From positions 230,893-294,892 of the forward strand of contig CAVRSU010000013.1 in the NCBI GenBank assembly GCA_963723955.1: a stretch of 64,000 nt of DNA, in the 5' to 3' direction. The DNA comes from an uncultured delta proteobacterium (GTDB taxonomy: Bacteria; Myxococcota_A; Polyangia; Fen-1088). The translations under genes were made by a program, and so were the position numbers. Below the pieces are notes generated by a model, which worked only from the letters and a program-made list of their open reading frames with translations, was not told where the DNA came from and did no database searches. This document shows, one piece after another, positions 39,247 through 49,641 of the stretch (position 1 is the first letter of the stretch; every line of letters starts with the position of its first letter).

Positions 39247-40211
39247 ACGCCTTGGGCGAGAAACTCGCTGGCCCACTGCTCGAGCTTGCGCGCGTCCGCG
39301 TAGAAGTGGCGGATTCCATCGGACAGCTTGTCCACCGCCATGGCATCTTGGTTGTGCATGAATCGGTAGGTCTTCTCGTCGAGATGAAGTGGCGTGGCGT
39401 CGCTGGCCTTGGCCAACGCAACCGACAACCGGCGCGGCAGCTCCCCTTCGCGCTTTTCCAGGTCGGCGAGAAGGTCCGGGCTGATGGTGAGCAGATCGCA
39501 ACCGGCGAGGAGCATCACCTGTTCGACCTTGCGGAAGCTGGCGCCCATGACCTGGGTCTTGTAGTCGAATTTTTTGTAGTGGTTGTAGATCTTCACGACC
39601 GATTGCACGCCCGGATCCTGCTCGGGCGGGATATCTTTCACCCCGCGTGCTTTGAGGTAGTAGTCGTAAATGCGTCCGACGAATGGGGAGATGAGCGTGA
39701 CCTTCGCCTCGGCCGCCGCCACCGCTTGAGCAAACGAGAAGAGCAGGGTCATGTTGCAGTGGATCCCTTCCTTCTCCAGAATCTCCGCAGCGCGAATCCC
39801 TTCCCAGGTCGTGCCGATCTTGATGAGGACGCGAGCTCGGTCGACGCCCGCCTTGCGGTAGAGCTCGATGGTGTTGCGTGCCTTGGCGAGGGTACCCTCG
39901 GTGTCGAACGAAAAGGACGCGTCTACCTCGGTCGAGACGCGCCCGGGAATGATCTTCAAAATCTCGCACCCGAAATTGACGGCCAGCTTCTCCATGAAGG
40001 CCGACTTGCGCTGCGACTGGTCGCCAGGCTGCGCCCGCGCATACTTAAGCGCCTCGTCGACCAGCGCGCGGTAATGCGGTTGCGGCGCCGCCTTGAGCAG
40101 CAGCGACGGGTTCGTCGTGGCGTCCTGCGGTTTGTGTTCGGCGATGGCCTCAATATCCCCAGTATCGGCGACGATGACAGTCTGTCTCTTCAGCGAATCA
40201 AGCAACGTCAT
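39243..40211 (-). CDS. tal: transaldolase
   Basis: MTLLDSLKRQTVIVADTGD...TTNPSL...; class I transaldolase family; ATG 40211 (TTG 40223). Confidence 0.9.
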   Translation of the reverse strand: MTLLDSLKRQTVIVADTGDIEAIAEHKPQDATTNPSLLLKAAPQPHYRALVDEALKYARAQPGDQSQRKSAFMEKLAVNFGCEILKIIPGRVSTEVDASFSFDTEGTLAKARNTIELYRKAGVDRARVLIKIGTTWEGIRAAEILEKEGIHCNMTLLFSFAQAVAAAEAKVTLISPFVGRIYDYYLKARGVKDIPPEQDPGVQSVVKIYNHYKKFDYKTQVMGASFRKVEQVMLLAGCDLLTISPDLLADLEKREGELPRRLSVALAKASDATPLHLDEKTYRFMHNQDAMAVDKLSDGIRHFYADARKLEQWASEFLAQGV

Positions 40212-40417
40212 GGCGGACTCCAATTCATCGACTTTGGGATGCCCGACTCGTGATCGGGTGACACGGTTGCCGAGGATTTGTGGCCCGAAACGCAGCCCGA
40301 ATGGACATGCTTCAGGCCACCAGTCCGCGGATGCTACCAGTCGAGCTGCCCGTTCTCCCGGATTTCAGCTATCATCACGCGTCGCGCGGATGCGTTCGGT
40401 AGCCACCACAAGAGATC

Positions 40418-40915
40418 ATGGCTTCAGCTAACAGTTTCTATAGTTTCACCGATGCCGATGGCGTCCAGGTGATCGTCCAGCGGCTTGCCGACGTTCCAGA
40501 ACAATACCGTGCGCAAGCCAAACACATCGACCTGTCGAAGCCCGCCATCACCTTGTCGTCAAGTCCCAGCGTGAACGCCCCTGCGAGTCCTGGCGGCAAG
40601 GGGACATTCCCCCATGTCCCGTCCTTCATTGCCGGGGCCGGGGCCGGGGCCGGGACGGCCTTGGTGCTCGGATTGGTGGCCGTGCTCGTCTTCCGTCGGG
40701 CACACCGCTTTCTTGCGCTGATGGTGGGCGCGGCGGTCATGGCCGCGTTGGGTATTGGCTACATGACGTATGTCCGACGGCAGGCCAGATTGCCGGGGTC
40801 GGGCCTGGCGACACCCGCCACGCTCCTCGACGACGCTCGCGCAGCAGCCGGGGCCTTGAACGCGCGGCACGTGGAACAGGAACGCGCGCTCGACGAAATC
40901 GACAAGCAGCGCTGA
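40418..40915 (+). CDS. hypothetical membrane protein
   Basis: ATG 40418; two predicted TM helices; no recognisable domain. Confidence 0.4.
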   Translation: MASANSFYSFTDADGVQVIVQRLADVPEQYRAQAKHIDLSKPAITLSSSPSVNAPASPGGKGTFPHVPSFIAGAGAGAGTALVLGLVAVLVFRRAHRFLALMVGAAVMAALGIGYMTYVRRQARLPGSGLATPATLLDDARAAAGALNARHVEQERALDEIDKQR

Positions 40916-40938
40916 GCTTTGCGGCCCGACCCACCATT

Positions 40939-41724
40939 TCATAGGGCGTAGCGCAGAAACAGGTGGGAACCGTGGCGCCGCAGGCTCAGGAGTTCCAGCG
41001 AACGTCCAGATAGATCGACGCCATCGACGAGCGACTTCCGTTCGTCTGCTGGCTGCCTCCCGAATAGTCGTGGCGAAATCGTAAGAAACAGCTCGTCGAG
41101 CAATCCCTCTGCGAGGAGCTGCCCCACCAGTGAGGGGCCGCCCTCGGTGAGGATGCATTGCAAGCCCTCGGCGCGAAGGATGCCCAGCAGTGGTCGCCCA
41201 CCGAAACGACCTTCATTGGAAACCATGATCCGCGCACCGCTCGGCAGATGTCCGCGCAGGCGAGCCTCGCCCTGCGCGGTGGTGACGAGAAGGCAATCAC
41301 CGAGCGCCGGTTGCGCGGGATCGATGTCTCCCGAGGCAGTGACGACGACCAAGATCGGTTGCGGGCGCAGTCCCAAGCGCTGGCGCAATTCCGCGAAGGC
41401 GTCCCGCGCCGAGGGGAACGCGGTTTCGGGATGCCAATGATCGCCCGCGCCCGCACGAAAGGTGCCCGCGCCGATCAACACCGCATCGGCGACCGCGCGC
41501 AAAAGCCCCATGACGAATCGGTCGGGTTCGCTGTTTCCGCTGACCACGCCGCCCGATTCGCCAACGCCCGGAAGTGCCACCACGCCATCCACCGATGAGA
41601 CGAAGTTCGCGTAGAGCCGGGGCCGAGCCAGGCCGAAGTCGCCGCCGTAGTCCGTCATCAGGGTCTTGGGCAAAGCGAAGCGCGGAAGACCGTCGCGCTC
41701 GAATATCCGTTCGATTGGGTTCAT
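40939..41724 (-). CDS. RibD C-terminal domain / dihydrofolate-reductase-like reductase family protein
   Basis: ...FVSSVDGVVALPG...LIGAGTFRA...ILTEGGPSLVGQLLAEGLLDELFLTISP matches the bacterial bifunctional deaminase-reductase C-domain. Confidence 0.75.
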   Translation of the reverse strand: MNPIERIFERDGLPRFALPKTLMTDYGGDFGLARPRLYANFVSSVDGVVALPGVGESGGVVSGNSEPDRFVMGLLRAVADAVLIGAGTFRAGAGDHWHPETAFPSARDAFAELRQRLGLRPQPILVVVTASGDIDPAQPALGDCLLVTTAQGEARLRGHLPSGARIMVSNEGRFGGRPLLGILRAEGLQCILTEGGPSLVGQLLAEGLLDELFLTISPRLFGRQPADERKSLVDGVDLSGRSLELLSLRRHGSHLFLRYAL

Positions 41725-41771
41725 TTCGCCTCTCGATGTGACGATTCGAACCGGAGCCGATTGACAGTCGA

Positions 41772-42254
41772 CTAGCCCTTGCGGTAGCGCAGGCCGGACG
41801 CTGTGGTCAAGGGAGCGCGGTCGTTCAGAACGGCGGCGTCCTCGATCTTGCCGATGACGACCAGATGGTCTCCTGCCTCCGTGATGCTGGCGACCTCGCA
41901 GTCGAAGTAGGCGACGGCATCGGTCAGGATTGCGGCGCCGCTCTCGGCCGGCCGTTGGGCCACCTCGGACAGCTTGTCGTCGCGATTGGTGGCCTGCTTG
42001 GCGAAGCGACCGGCCAACGCAGCCTGATCTTCACCGAGGAGGTTCAAGCAGAAGTTCTTGGTGCTGCGTAGGAGATCCACGCTGTAGTGCAGCTTGTCCA
42101 CCGCGACCATCAGCATGGGCGGGTTGAAGGAGACCTGGCTCATCCACGAGACGGTCAAACCGTTCTCGACCTTGGTGCCACCGCGCCCCATGGTCACCAC
42201 GGACACACCATAGGGAACCTTGGCCAGGACATCGCTGAAATCACTCGTGCTCAT
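41772..42254 (-). CDS. flavin reductase-like FMN-binding protein
   Basis: VPYGVSVVTMGRGGT...NGLTVSWMSQVSFNPPMLMVAV matches the flavin reductase domain family. Confidence 0.8.
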   Translation of the reverse strand: MSTSDFSDVLAKVPYGVSVVTMGRGGTKVENGLTVSWMSQVSFNPPMLMVAVDKLHYSVDLLRSTKNFCLNLLGEDQAALAGRFAKQATNRDDKLSEVAQRPAESGAAILTDAVAYFDCEVASITEAGDHLVVIGKIEDAAVLNDRAPLTTASGLRYRKG

Positions 42255-42452
42255 GAATCACCTCGGGATAGGTCGTCAGAACGAAGGACGTCAGGGTATG
42301 CGACGACGACTCCCAGGGCAAGAGCGGACGCCTGACGCGAAACAAAAGGCGTCGGGTCCGCGGACCTCCGTTACGAGGAAATGTGGCAATCCGAACGCGG
42401 CGGCGATCGGCAATAGCCAGCTGCCGCGCTCGGTTATGCGGGTCGTTCGTGG

Positions 42453-43742
42453 CTAGAAGAAATAGACCTGCCACTGCAGGTTGAATTGGTTGAAGCTGCC
42501 GGAGGCTGCGCCACCGGTACCGTCGGTGGTGACGTGGGCATAGAAGGCCTTGACGTTGCTGTTGTGACCGTAGGGCCAAAACGCCACGCCCCCGCCAATG
42601 CGGGTTTGGTTGGCCCCTCCGGTCGGCCAGAGCTGCTCGACACGCAGGATGGGATTCAGTCGGACTTCGGCGATCGAGTACCCCGCCTCGCCCATAAGTG
42701 CAGTCTGCTTGGTCAGCGTGGGGATGAATGTTCCCCCATCCCAATGCGCCAGGTTCACCTGTCCGGTAACCACACCTGGCCCGAGCGGCATGTCTACGAT
42801 GCCGTCAACGGCGAAGTACTTATAGCTATCTTGGAAGTCGTAGGAACCACCGATGGACACGATCTTCTTGGCCCCGAGATAGGTTCCCGCATAGAAGAAG
42901 CCCGGCTCGGCATCGAAAAGGTTGATCTGAAGGCGCCCGGTGACTCGGAAGAAGTTGTGTGCCGCGACGTCGCTGGTGGTCTCATTGTCGCGCCGACCCT
43001 GGAAGAGGCCTAGGCGGTATTCGATGTGTCCGTCGACCAGCAGGCCGCGCAACTGAACGCCAGCGTCGCGTCCCACCGAGTTTCCAGAGTTGCCGAATAT
43101 GCCGGCGCCAAGGTGCTGAAAGGTGTAACTGAAGTAGTCGAAACTGTAGAGCGTTCCCGCACCTTGCAAGGCATTGTGAGCCATGGGCGGCAACATGTAG
43201 CCGGCGTCCACCTTCAACATGTCGCCGAGTGCCTTGAAGGTCACGAAGGCGTCTTGGACGTTCATGCCAGGCGTGTTCTTCACGAAGTCAGGCGCAGTCG
43301 CGGTCCCGGCGTTGTTGTCCAGAAACAAGTTGGGATAGTCGGTGTCGACGAAGAACTCGATATTGCTCAGCAAGGTCCCGCCAAGGAGGATTCGCGTCCT
43401 GCGCAGGTACAGGTTCTTGGAGTAGCCGCTGAGCGTGGCATTGTTCACGGCTTGCAGTTGTGGCTGCAAGAGCAGCCCAATGCGGATGCTGGTACCATTC
43501 GGGCCGTCGATTCGAAGCGGGCTGGCAGACGGTGGCACAAGAGACGGTTCAGACACCGACGGCATTTGCGCTGGCGCCCCCGCGACGGGAGCGCTTGTTG
43601 GTGCTGCCTTTTCGACCGGCGGCGCGGCTGGCGTTTCCGCGTCTGCAGGCGACTGCGGCGGCTCCTGCGCAAACGCGATCGAGGAACTGAAGACCATGCC
43701 AAACAGGACCCCCACGAAACTTCGGAATTCAACTCTCATCAT
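42453..43742 (-). CDS. outer-membrane porin (phosphate-selective porin O/P-like beta-barrel)
   Basis: signal peptide; Pro/Ala linker; long alternating beta-strand region ending ...LQWQVYFF. Confidence 0.65.
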   Translation of the reverse strand: MMRVEFRSFVGVLFGMVFSSSIAFAQEPPQSPADAETPAAPPVEKAAPTSAPVAGAPAQMPSVSEPSLVPPSASPLRIDGPNGTSIRIGLLLQPQLQAVNNATLSGYSKNLYLRRTRILLGGTLLSNIEFFVDTDYPNLFLDNNAGTATAPDFVKNTPGMNVQDAFVTFKALGDMLKVDAGYMLPPMAHNALQGAGTLYSFDYFSYTFQHLGAGIFGNSGNSVGRDAGVQLRGLLVDGHIEYRLGLFQGRRDNETTSDVAAHNFFRVTGRLQINLFDAEPGFFYAGTYLGAKKIVSIGGSYDFQDSYKYFAVDGIVDMPLGPGVVTGQVNLAHWDGGTFIPTLTKQTALMGEAGYSIAEVRLNPILRVEQLWPTGGANQTRIGGGVAFWPYGHNSNVKAFYAHVTTDGTGGAASGSFNQFNLQWQVYFF

Positions 43743-43946
43743 TCTTCCCTCCAGTAAAATTCACAGAACTGTCACGCAACCTTTCGTAGATGCCAACGCG
43801 TCACATTTCGTTACACCAGGGATGGAATTCTTCACATTCAGTTGCTCACGACACCATTGAGAGCGCCGCGCACACGTGTCCCCTTCCTGGTAGAAGCGAC
43901 AGCGAATCCGACCCTGGACCGGCCGATCATGGCCAATCCGGCTCGC

Positions 43947-45365
43947 TTACCGAGTGCTGATTTCAGCTTCGATCTTGTGGTCCTTCGTCTCGCGGATATA
44001 CAGGCTGCTGACAATAACCGTCAGGACGCAAACCGCAATGGGATAGATAAGGCCCGTATAGATCGAGTTCGAGCCAAAGGTGCTCTTGGCCCAGGCCGAG
44101 GCTGTTACGGCCGTGGCAATGAGGGGCAGGAAGCCGCCAAACCAGCCGTTGCCGAGGTGGTAGGGCACCGACATCGAGGTATAGCGAATCTTCGTGGGAA
44201 AGAGCTCGACCAGGAACGCCGCGATAGGGCCATAGACCATGCAGACGTAGACCATCTGAATCGTCAACAGCAGAATCATCATCGGCCAATTGATCTCAGA
44301 AGCAACGGCCTTGGCCAGCCCATTGGGATTCGAAAAGGCCTTCATCGCCATGTAGATCGGAACGTAGGTCAGGGCCGCCAGCACGCATCCGGCCATCATG
44401 ATCCGCTTTCTTCCGATACGGTCCGACATGCGACCGAAATACACGAATAGGGGCGTCGTAAGAAGGAGTGCCGCGGAAACCATCAGGTAGGCCGACTGCC
44501 ACGGAATCTTGAGCACGCTTTGGAGGAAGGTAAGAGCATAGAATTGCCCTGTGTACCAGACTACGCCCTGCCCGGCCGTTGCTCCTAGTAGTGCGATCAG
44601 TACGTATTTGACGTTCACGGGATTGGTGAAGCTTTCCTTGATCGGATTGGCGGAGGTCTTTCCGCTGCTCTTGAGGCGGGAAAACACTGGCGATTCCTTC
44701 ATCTTCAAACGGACGTAGAGCGACACGCCCAGAAGCGCGAAGGAGAGAAGAAAAGGAATCCTCCAGCCGAAACTCTTGAACGAGGCCTCGCCGAGCAGCA
44801 GGCGCGTCGTTCCAATGACCCCCATGCTAAGGAAGAATCCGAGGGTGGCGGTGGTCTGAATGAAACTCGTGTAGAAACCGCGCTTGTTGTCCGGAACGTG
44901 TTCGGCGATGTACGTGGCCGCGCCGCCGTACTCCCCTCCCAGCGCCAACCCCTGCAACAAACGCAAGAGGACCAGCAGCACGGTCGCGAGCAGGCCGACC
45001 GAGGCGTAGCTGGGAAGCAAGCCGGTCAGTGCCGTCGCGATACCCATGGTCGCCATGGTCACAAGAAAGGTGTATTTGCGGCCGATGAGATCTCCGATGT
45101 GCCCAAACACCAGTGCACCGAGCGGTCGCACGCCAAAGCCGGCGCCGAAGGTGGCAAGGCTGGCCAGCAGCTGTGCGGTGTCGTTGCCTTTGGGGAAGAA
45201 GAGTCCTCCAAAGAAGACGGCCAAGCTGCCATACAGATAGAAGTCGTACCACTCGAACAGCGTTCCAAGCGACGCGGCAAGAATGACCTTCCTTAGGTTC
45301 ACTTCTCCTGCGCCTTCCTTCGTAGGCGCCGCTCCGTCCGATACGTTGAGCGCTTCAATTGCCAT
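43947..45365 (-). CDS. MFS transporter, metabolite:H+ symporter (MHS/ProP-like) family
   Basis: ATG 45365; MHS signature ...FGHIGDLIGRKYTFLVTM...; 12 TM helices. Confidence 0.85.
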   Translation of the reverse strand: MAIEALNVSDGAAPTKEGAGEVNLRKVILAASLGTLFEWYDFYLYGSLAVFFGGLFFPKGNDTAQLLASLATFGAGFGVRPLGALVFGHIGDLIGRKYTFLVTMATMGIATALTGLLPSYASVGLLATVLLVLLRLLQGLALGGEYGGAATYIAEHVPDNKRGFYTSFIQTTATLGFFLSMGVIGTTRLLLGEASFKSFGWRIPFLLSFALLGVSLYVRLKMKESPVFSRLKSSGKTSANPIKESFTNPVNVKYVLIALLGATAGQGVVWYTGQFYALTFLQSVLKIPWQSAYLMVSAALLLTTPLFVYFGRMSDRIGRKRIMMAGCVLAALTYVPIYMAMKAFSNPNGLAKAVASEINWPMMILLLTIQMVYVCMVYGPIAAFLVELFPTKIRYTSMSVPYHLGNGWFGGFLPLIATAVTASAWAKSTFGSNSIYTGLIYPIAVCVLTVIVSSLYIRETKDHKIEAEISTR

Positions 45366-45850
45366 GCAAGTTCCTCTCGCAAACGCAGTCGCGGGGGCCG
45401 CGACCAGCCACTGCTTCACCGACTAATAACGCATTTGGATAACGGGGCGAGTGATTGCTCCAATCCCAGCCCAATTGGCGCGCTCACGCCGCACAAGCAA
45501 GTCGACAGAAGAACATCAAACGACCAATCGTCGTAGGCCATCATCGCCGGTCTGGTCAACTGGGGCGACACCGCGGGCATGGAAATCCTTCTTCTTATGG
45601 GATTACCGCCCTTGGATGCTTGGTGTCGCGAATCCGTTACGAGGGTTCTCCAGGGTCGTGCTCTATTGGAGCCGAACACGAATTGCGCTTCCCAGCGTCT
45701 CCGGGCGCATAGGCGCACCTGCGAGAGATAACCTGCGAGAGATGGTGCGGCACCTTCTAGCCTGCGCCTCCGTGTTTCGCGCGGCGGGGCGACGGGCGAG
45801 GTGCCAGGGAACCCATAGGGGTTCCCAGCCCAGAGATTGAATGGTTGTGC

Positions 45851-46132
45851 CTAGTAGCGCGAACCGCCGCCGACGCGGGGAGCACGCTCGCGTGCCTCGT
45901 TCACGTTCAGCTCGCGCCCATCGAGCTCACGATGGTTGAGGGCTTCCATGGCCTTGGTGGCGGAGGCCTGATCGGCCATCTCCACGAATGCGAAGCCACG
46001 CGGCCGCCCGGTCTCCCGTTCGGTCACGATCTTGACCTCGGTTGCATTCAGGCCCGCCTCGGTGAACACGTTGCGAAGATCAACTTCGGTGGTGTTGAAG
46101 GAGAGGTTGCCAACAAAGAGTCTTGTTCCCAT
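45851..46132 (-). CDS. RNA-binding protein with RRM domain
   Basis: RNP-2 LFVGNL and RNP-1 RGFAFVEM motifs; Gly-rich C-terminal tail. Confidence 0.85.
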   Translation of the reverse strand: MGTRLFVGNLSFNTTEVDLRNVFTEAGLNATEVKIVTERETGRPRGFAFVEMADQASATKAMEALNHRELDGRELNVNEARERAPRVGGGSRY

Positions 46133-46344
46133 TTTTCAGTCCACTTTCTGTGGCCCATCGGCCTGGCGACCTCGCCAGAATCCTGGGTCACGTACAATAC
46201 GCCCAGTTCTCGACTGCATAAACGCCCAGGAGAACTAACGCGCTAAGAAAGAAGCCTGGACCGATAGGAGATCGATCGCGGAACGACCGTAGAAGAATGG
46301 CGACTATCCCCGCGAAGTCCAGGGTTTTCTTTCTACCAGAAGTG

Positions 46345-47769
46345 CTAGGCCGCTGGAGCCGAGTCTTGCGGCAACGCTAGCGGGCTGGCACGGAGGGCAT
46401 CACGACTTGCAAGAAACTTCTGAAAATCCAGGTACGATTTGGTTTCGACGCGACTATTGTTGCGCGTGGAAAGGTTGGTGATGAGATTGATGAGCGGCTT
46501 GCGCCATTGCCAAAACGAGCTCCAGAACCGGAGCGCTACGCCGGGAACAGAGTAGAAGGTGCGGTTGCAGTCGTCCATTTCCTTCATTACGGCGTCGGAC
46601 GAGAGGCGCTGGTAGCGGGCCACCGGAAAGTTCAGGGTGTAGAAGCGCCAGTCCTCGGGAAAATTGTCGAGGGTGATACGGTCTTCACTTTTCATCTGAT
46701 CCCACAGACGCGTGCCTGGAAGCGGTGTCAGGAACAGGGCGTTCATGCTGTCGACGCCATACTGCTTGGCTGCCAAGGCCACGCGTTTGCCGATGCCCGC
46801 ATCGTCGACGTCCAGGCCGATGATGAACGATCCCATGACCAGGATGTTGTGGCGCTGGATGCGGCGAACCGAGGCGCGAAAGTCGCGGCCCGCGCGCAGG
46901 TTGAACTTCTTGCCCAGCTCGCGCAGGCCGTCCGCAGTCGGGGATTCGAAACCGATGAAGACACCGCGACACCCGGCCTTCCAGGCCAGCGCCATCAGCT
47001 CGTCGTCGTCCGAGAAATTGATGGTGGCCTGGGCGATCCATTGCTTGCGCAGCTTGGCCTTGGCCAGAGCGCAAAAAAGATCTTTGGCGCGCGCGATGTG
47101 ATCCGGACGTGTCCCGATCAGATTGTCATCGACGACCAAGATGCGCTTTTCCGGAATGGTGGCGAACTCACGGACCACGTCGTCGACGGGGCGCTGCCGG
47201 TACTGGGCGCCGTTGAAGGTCGTCACGCTGCAGAAGCTACAATTGAGGGGGCAGCCGCGCGTGGTCTGGATGGTGCCGAAGGCGTAGCCCTCGGGCAGCA
47301 GATCTTGGCGTGCGGGCACGAAGTCTTCGACCGGCACGTGACCACCGTCGTAATGGCGTTGCAAATGGCCCGACTGCGCGTCCTTGAGCACCTGGGGCCA
47401 GATGATTTCGGCTTCCTTGGTCACGACCGAATCCACGTGCCCCAATACCTCGTCGAGGCACATGGTCGCATGAATGCCGCCCATCACCACGGGGACCCCC
47501 AGGCCGCGGAAGAACGCGGCGATCTGGTAGGCCCTTGGCGCCTGCGACGTGAACGCGGTGATTCCGACCAGATCCGGGCGCGGCATGGCCGCGTAGTCGG
47601 GGCGGCTCAGATTCTCGTCCAGGATGGTCACCTCCCACTCGGGCGACGTCTGGCGCGCCAGCACCAGCAGACTCAGCGGTTTCCAGATGCGGTAGCGGTT
47701 CCACCGATTCTGCTTGGCGGTGACGCAGCTGACGAGGGGATTGGTGGGGTTGATCAGATAAAGGCGCAT
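46345..47769 (-). CDS. B12-binding-domain radical SAM protein
   Basis: N-terminal cobalamin-binding-like domain; CPLNCSFC radical-SAM motif. Confidence 0.85.
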   Translation of the reverse strand: MRLYLINPTNPLVSCVTAKQNRWNRYRIWKPLSLLVLARQTSPEWEVTILDENLSRPDYAAMPRPDLVGITAFTSQAPRAYQIAAFFRGLGVPVVMGGIHATMCLDEVLGHVDSVVTKEAEIIWPQVLKDAQSGHLQRHYDGGHVPVEDFVPARQDLLPEGYAFGTIQTTRGCPLNCSFCSVTTFNGAQYRQRPVDDVVREFATIPEKRILVVDDNLIGTRPDHIARAKDLFCALAKAKLRKQWIAQATINFSDDDELMALAWKAGCRGVFIGFESPTADGLRELGKKFNLRAGRDFRASVRRIQRHNILVMGSFIIGLDVDDAGIGKRVALAAKQYGVDSMNALFLTPLPGTRLWDQMKSEDRITLDNFPEDWRFYTLNFPVARYQRLSSDAVMKEMDDCNRTFYSVPGVALRFWSSFWQWRKPLINLITNLSTRNNSRVETKSYLDFQKFLASRDALRASPLALPQDSAPAA

Positions 47770-47951
47770 GTTGCACCTTCGATCACGAGGAAGAAGATGC
47801 GTTGCGGATTGCCGGTTCGCGCGTGCGTAGTCGACATGGCGATTGGGTATAAAACCTCTATTTCGCTCTTACTCCCTTTTCGGTCACGGTACTGTCACGG
47901 CAGGGTCATATTCCGGCCTGCGGCGAGACACGACACCGACTCCGAGCCGGA

Positions 47952-48770
47952 CTATCGCGGGCGGATCCGATCCCTTGTCAGCCGAGCCACATCCGCGGCC
48001 ACGTCGTCCGAAAGCAGATCGCGCATCTCTTCAATCGCATAGTGGCCCGCCATCTGGTGCATTTTGATGCGAAAGACATCCCTGATCATGCGCGACGAGT
48101 CCCGAACCAAGCTCACACTGGAGGTTTCGTTCCGTCGCAAGGAAACGGGCACGCGCTTGATATCGAGTCGATACTTCAGCGCCAGATAAAGAACTTCCAC
48201 GTCGAAGGCGAAGCGATCGATGATGGATTTAGAAAAGATTGCATCGGCGACATCGCCGCGAAAGCCTTTGAATCCGCATTGGGTGTCGTAGAAGCCACCC
48301 GTCACAAGGTGGTTGGCAAAGCGGGAAAACGCGAAGGACGCCAGCTGGCGCGCCAGATCGACCTTGAGGTGATAGTGCGAGGCCGGCAGGGTCCTATCCC
48401 CAACGACCATGTGAAAACCCCGGCCCAGCACATACTCGACGGCCAGTGGAAACAACGACAGCTCGAAGGGCAGGTCGGCATCGGTAAACACTCGGCAGCG
48501 GCCGGTGGCGGCCAGCATGCCGGAACGTACCGCCGCCCCTTTGCCTCGGTTCTCGGGCAACCGGATAAGCGATAGCCGACCGCTGCCTGTGATCCGCTCC
48601 AGTGGCTCGCGCGCAAAGTCGCCACCGCCGTCGTCGACCAAGATGATCTCCCAGCTCAGGTCGAGCCCTTCCAGATACGCGGCTAGCTCTTCCGCCGACG
48701 CAAGCGCCAACCCCGCATTTCGATACGACGGCAAGATGACCGAAAGATCAGGACCTGGCATTTTGTCCAT
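47952..48770 (-). CDS. GT2-family glycosyltransferase (polyprenyl-phosphate sugar synthase / Dpm1-like)
   Basis: LSVILPSYRN...ILVDDGG...TDADLPF motifs; ATG 48770. Confidence 0.8.
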   Translation of the reverse strand: MDKMPGPDLSVILPSYRNAGLALASAEELAAYLEGLDLSWEIILVDDGGGDFAREPLERITGSGRLSLIRLPENRGKGAAVRSGMLAATGRCRVFTDADLPFELSLFPLAVEYVLGRGFHMVVGDRTLPASHYHLKVDLARQLASFAFSRFANHLVTGGFYDTQCGFKGFRGDVADAIFSKSIIDRFAFDVEVLYLALKYRLDIKRVPVSLRRNETSSVSLVRDSSRMIRDVFRIKMHQMAGHYAIEEMRDLLSDDVAADVARLTRDRIRPR

Positions 48771-49503
48771 CGCGATCTCGGCGCTTGGCAATCAACATCA
48801 GCAGATTGCCGAAAGGAAGATCCGCCCGGTCCTCCATCTCGGCACAGCATTCGGCCAACCGCCAGCTCACCGGGCTGACGAATGGCGCGAACGTGGAGAA
48901 CGTCGCCAGCCGCACGATCTCCCAGTCGGCACCTGCAAGCGCCTGCCTTAGGCTTGTCCGGTCGAACCGGGTCACGTGCTGGTGATTCGCCATGGGTGGC
49001 GCGAGCCGCAAGCGATCCATGGCCATCTCAATCACCGGCCACAAGCCGCGGTAGTTGGGCGTGGTCAGGGTCAGCACGCCACCCGGCCTTAGCAAGCGCG
49101 CAAAAGTGGCCAGCAGCGCGTGAACCTGCTGGTGGTAGAGATGTTCGATGACTTCCAGGCAGTAGATGCCGTCGATGGAGGCCGGGGCGTAGGCAAGCTC
49201 CTCGACGTACGCGCATCGAAAATCCAGATTTGCACGACGAAAGGTCGCGCGCGCGAATTCGATGGCCTTTGCATTCGCATCGATCCCCGTCACCTCGGCG
49301 CCCATCGATGCCAACAGATCGGCGACCACCCCCGAGCCACAGCCGACGTCAAGCACACGTTGGCCGGGCTGGGGCGAGCTGAACTTGCGAACCATCCGCT
49401 CCTTCTCGTGGTGCCAGAAGCGCTGGACAGCCGGTCCGGCATTGCGCGCCTGGTACTGGTAGGCGCCGCTGATCTCGACGGTGTCGCCGTGGCGGATCCG
49501 CAC
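48748..49503 (-). CDS. class I SAM-dependent methyltransferase
   Basis: VLDVGCGSGVVADLLASMGAEVTGID motif I; GTG start 49503. Confidence 0.8.
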   Translation of the reverse strand: MRIRHGDTVEISGAYQYQARNAGPAVQRFWHHEKERMVRKFSSPQPGQRVLDVGCGSGVVADLLASMGAEVTGIDANAKAIEFARATFRRANLDFRCAYVEELAYAPASIDGIYCLEVIEHLYHQQVHALLATFARLLRPGGVLTLTTPNYRGLWPVIEMAMDRLRLAPPMANHQHVTRFDRTSLRQALAGADWEIVRLATFSTFAPFVSPVSWRLAECCAEMEDRADLPFGNLLMLIAKRRDRDGQNARS

Positions 49504-49641
49504 GAGGTCGTTGCTATCACACCGCCGACGGGACGTCCACCCTAGAGCCCGGCGTCACGCTCGACGGTGGGCTTTGCCGATCTCGCGTTCGCGACGCCGC
49601 CATTCTTGCGGGCAAAGGTCGGGACAACCTATACTTGCGTC

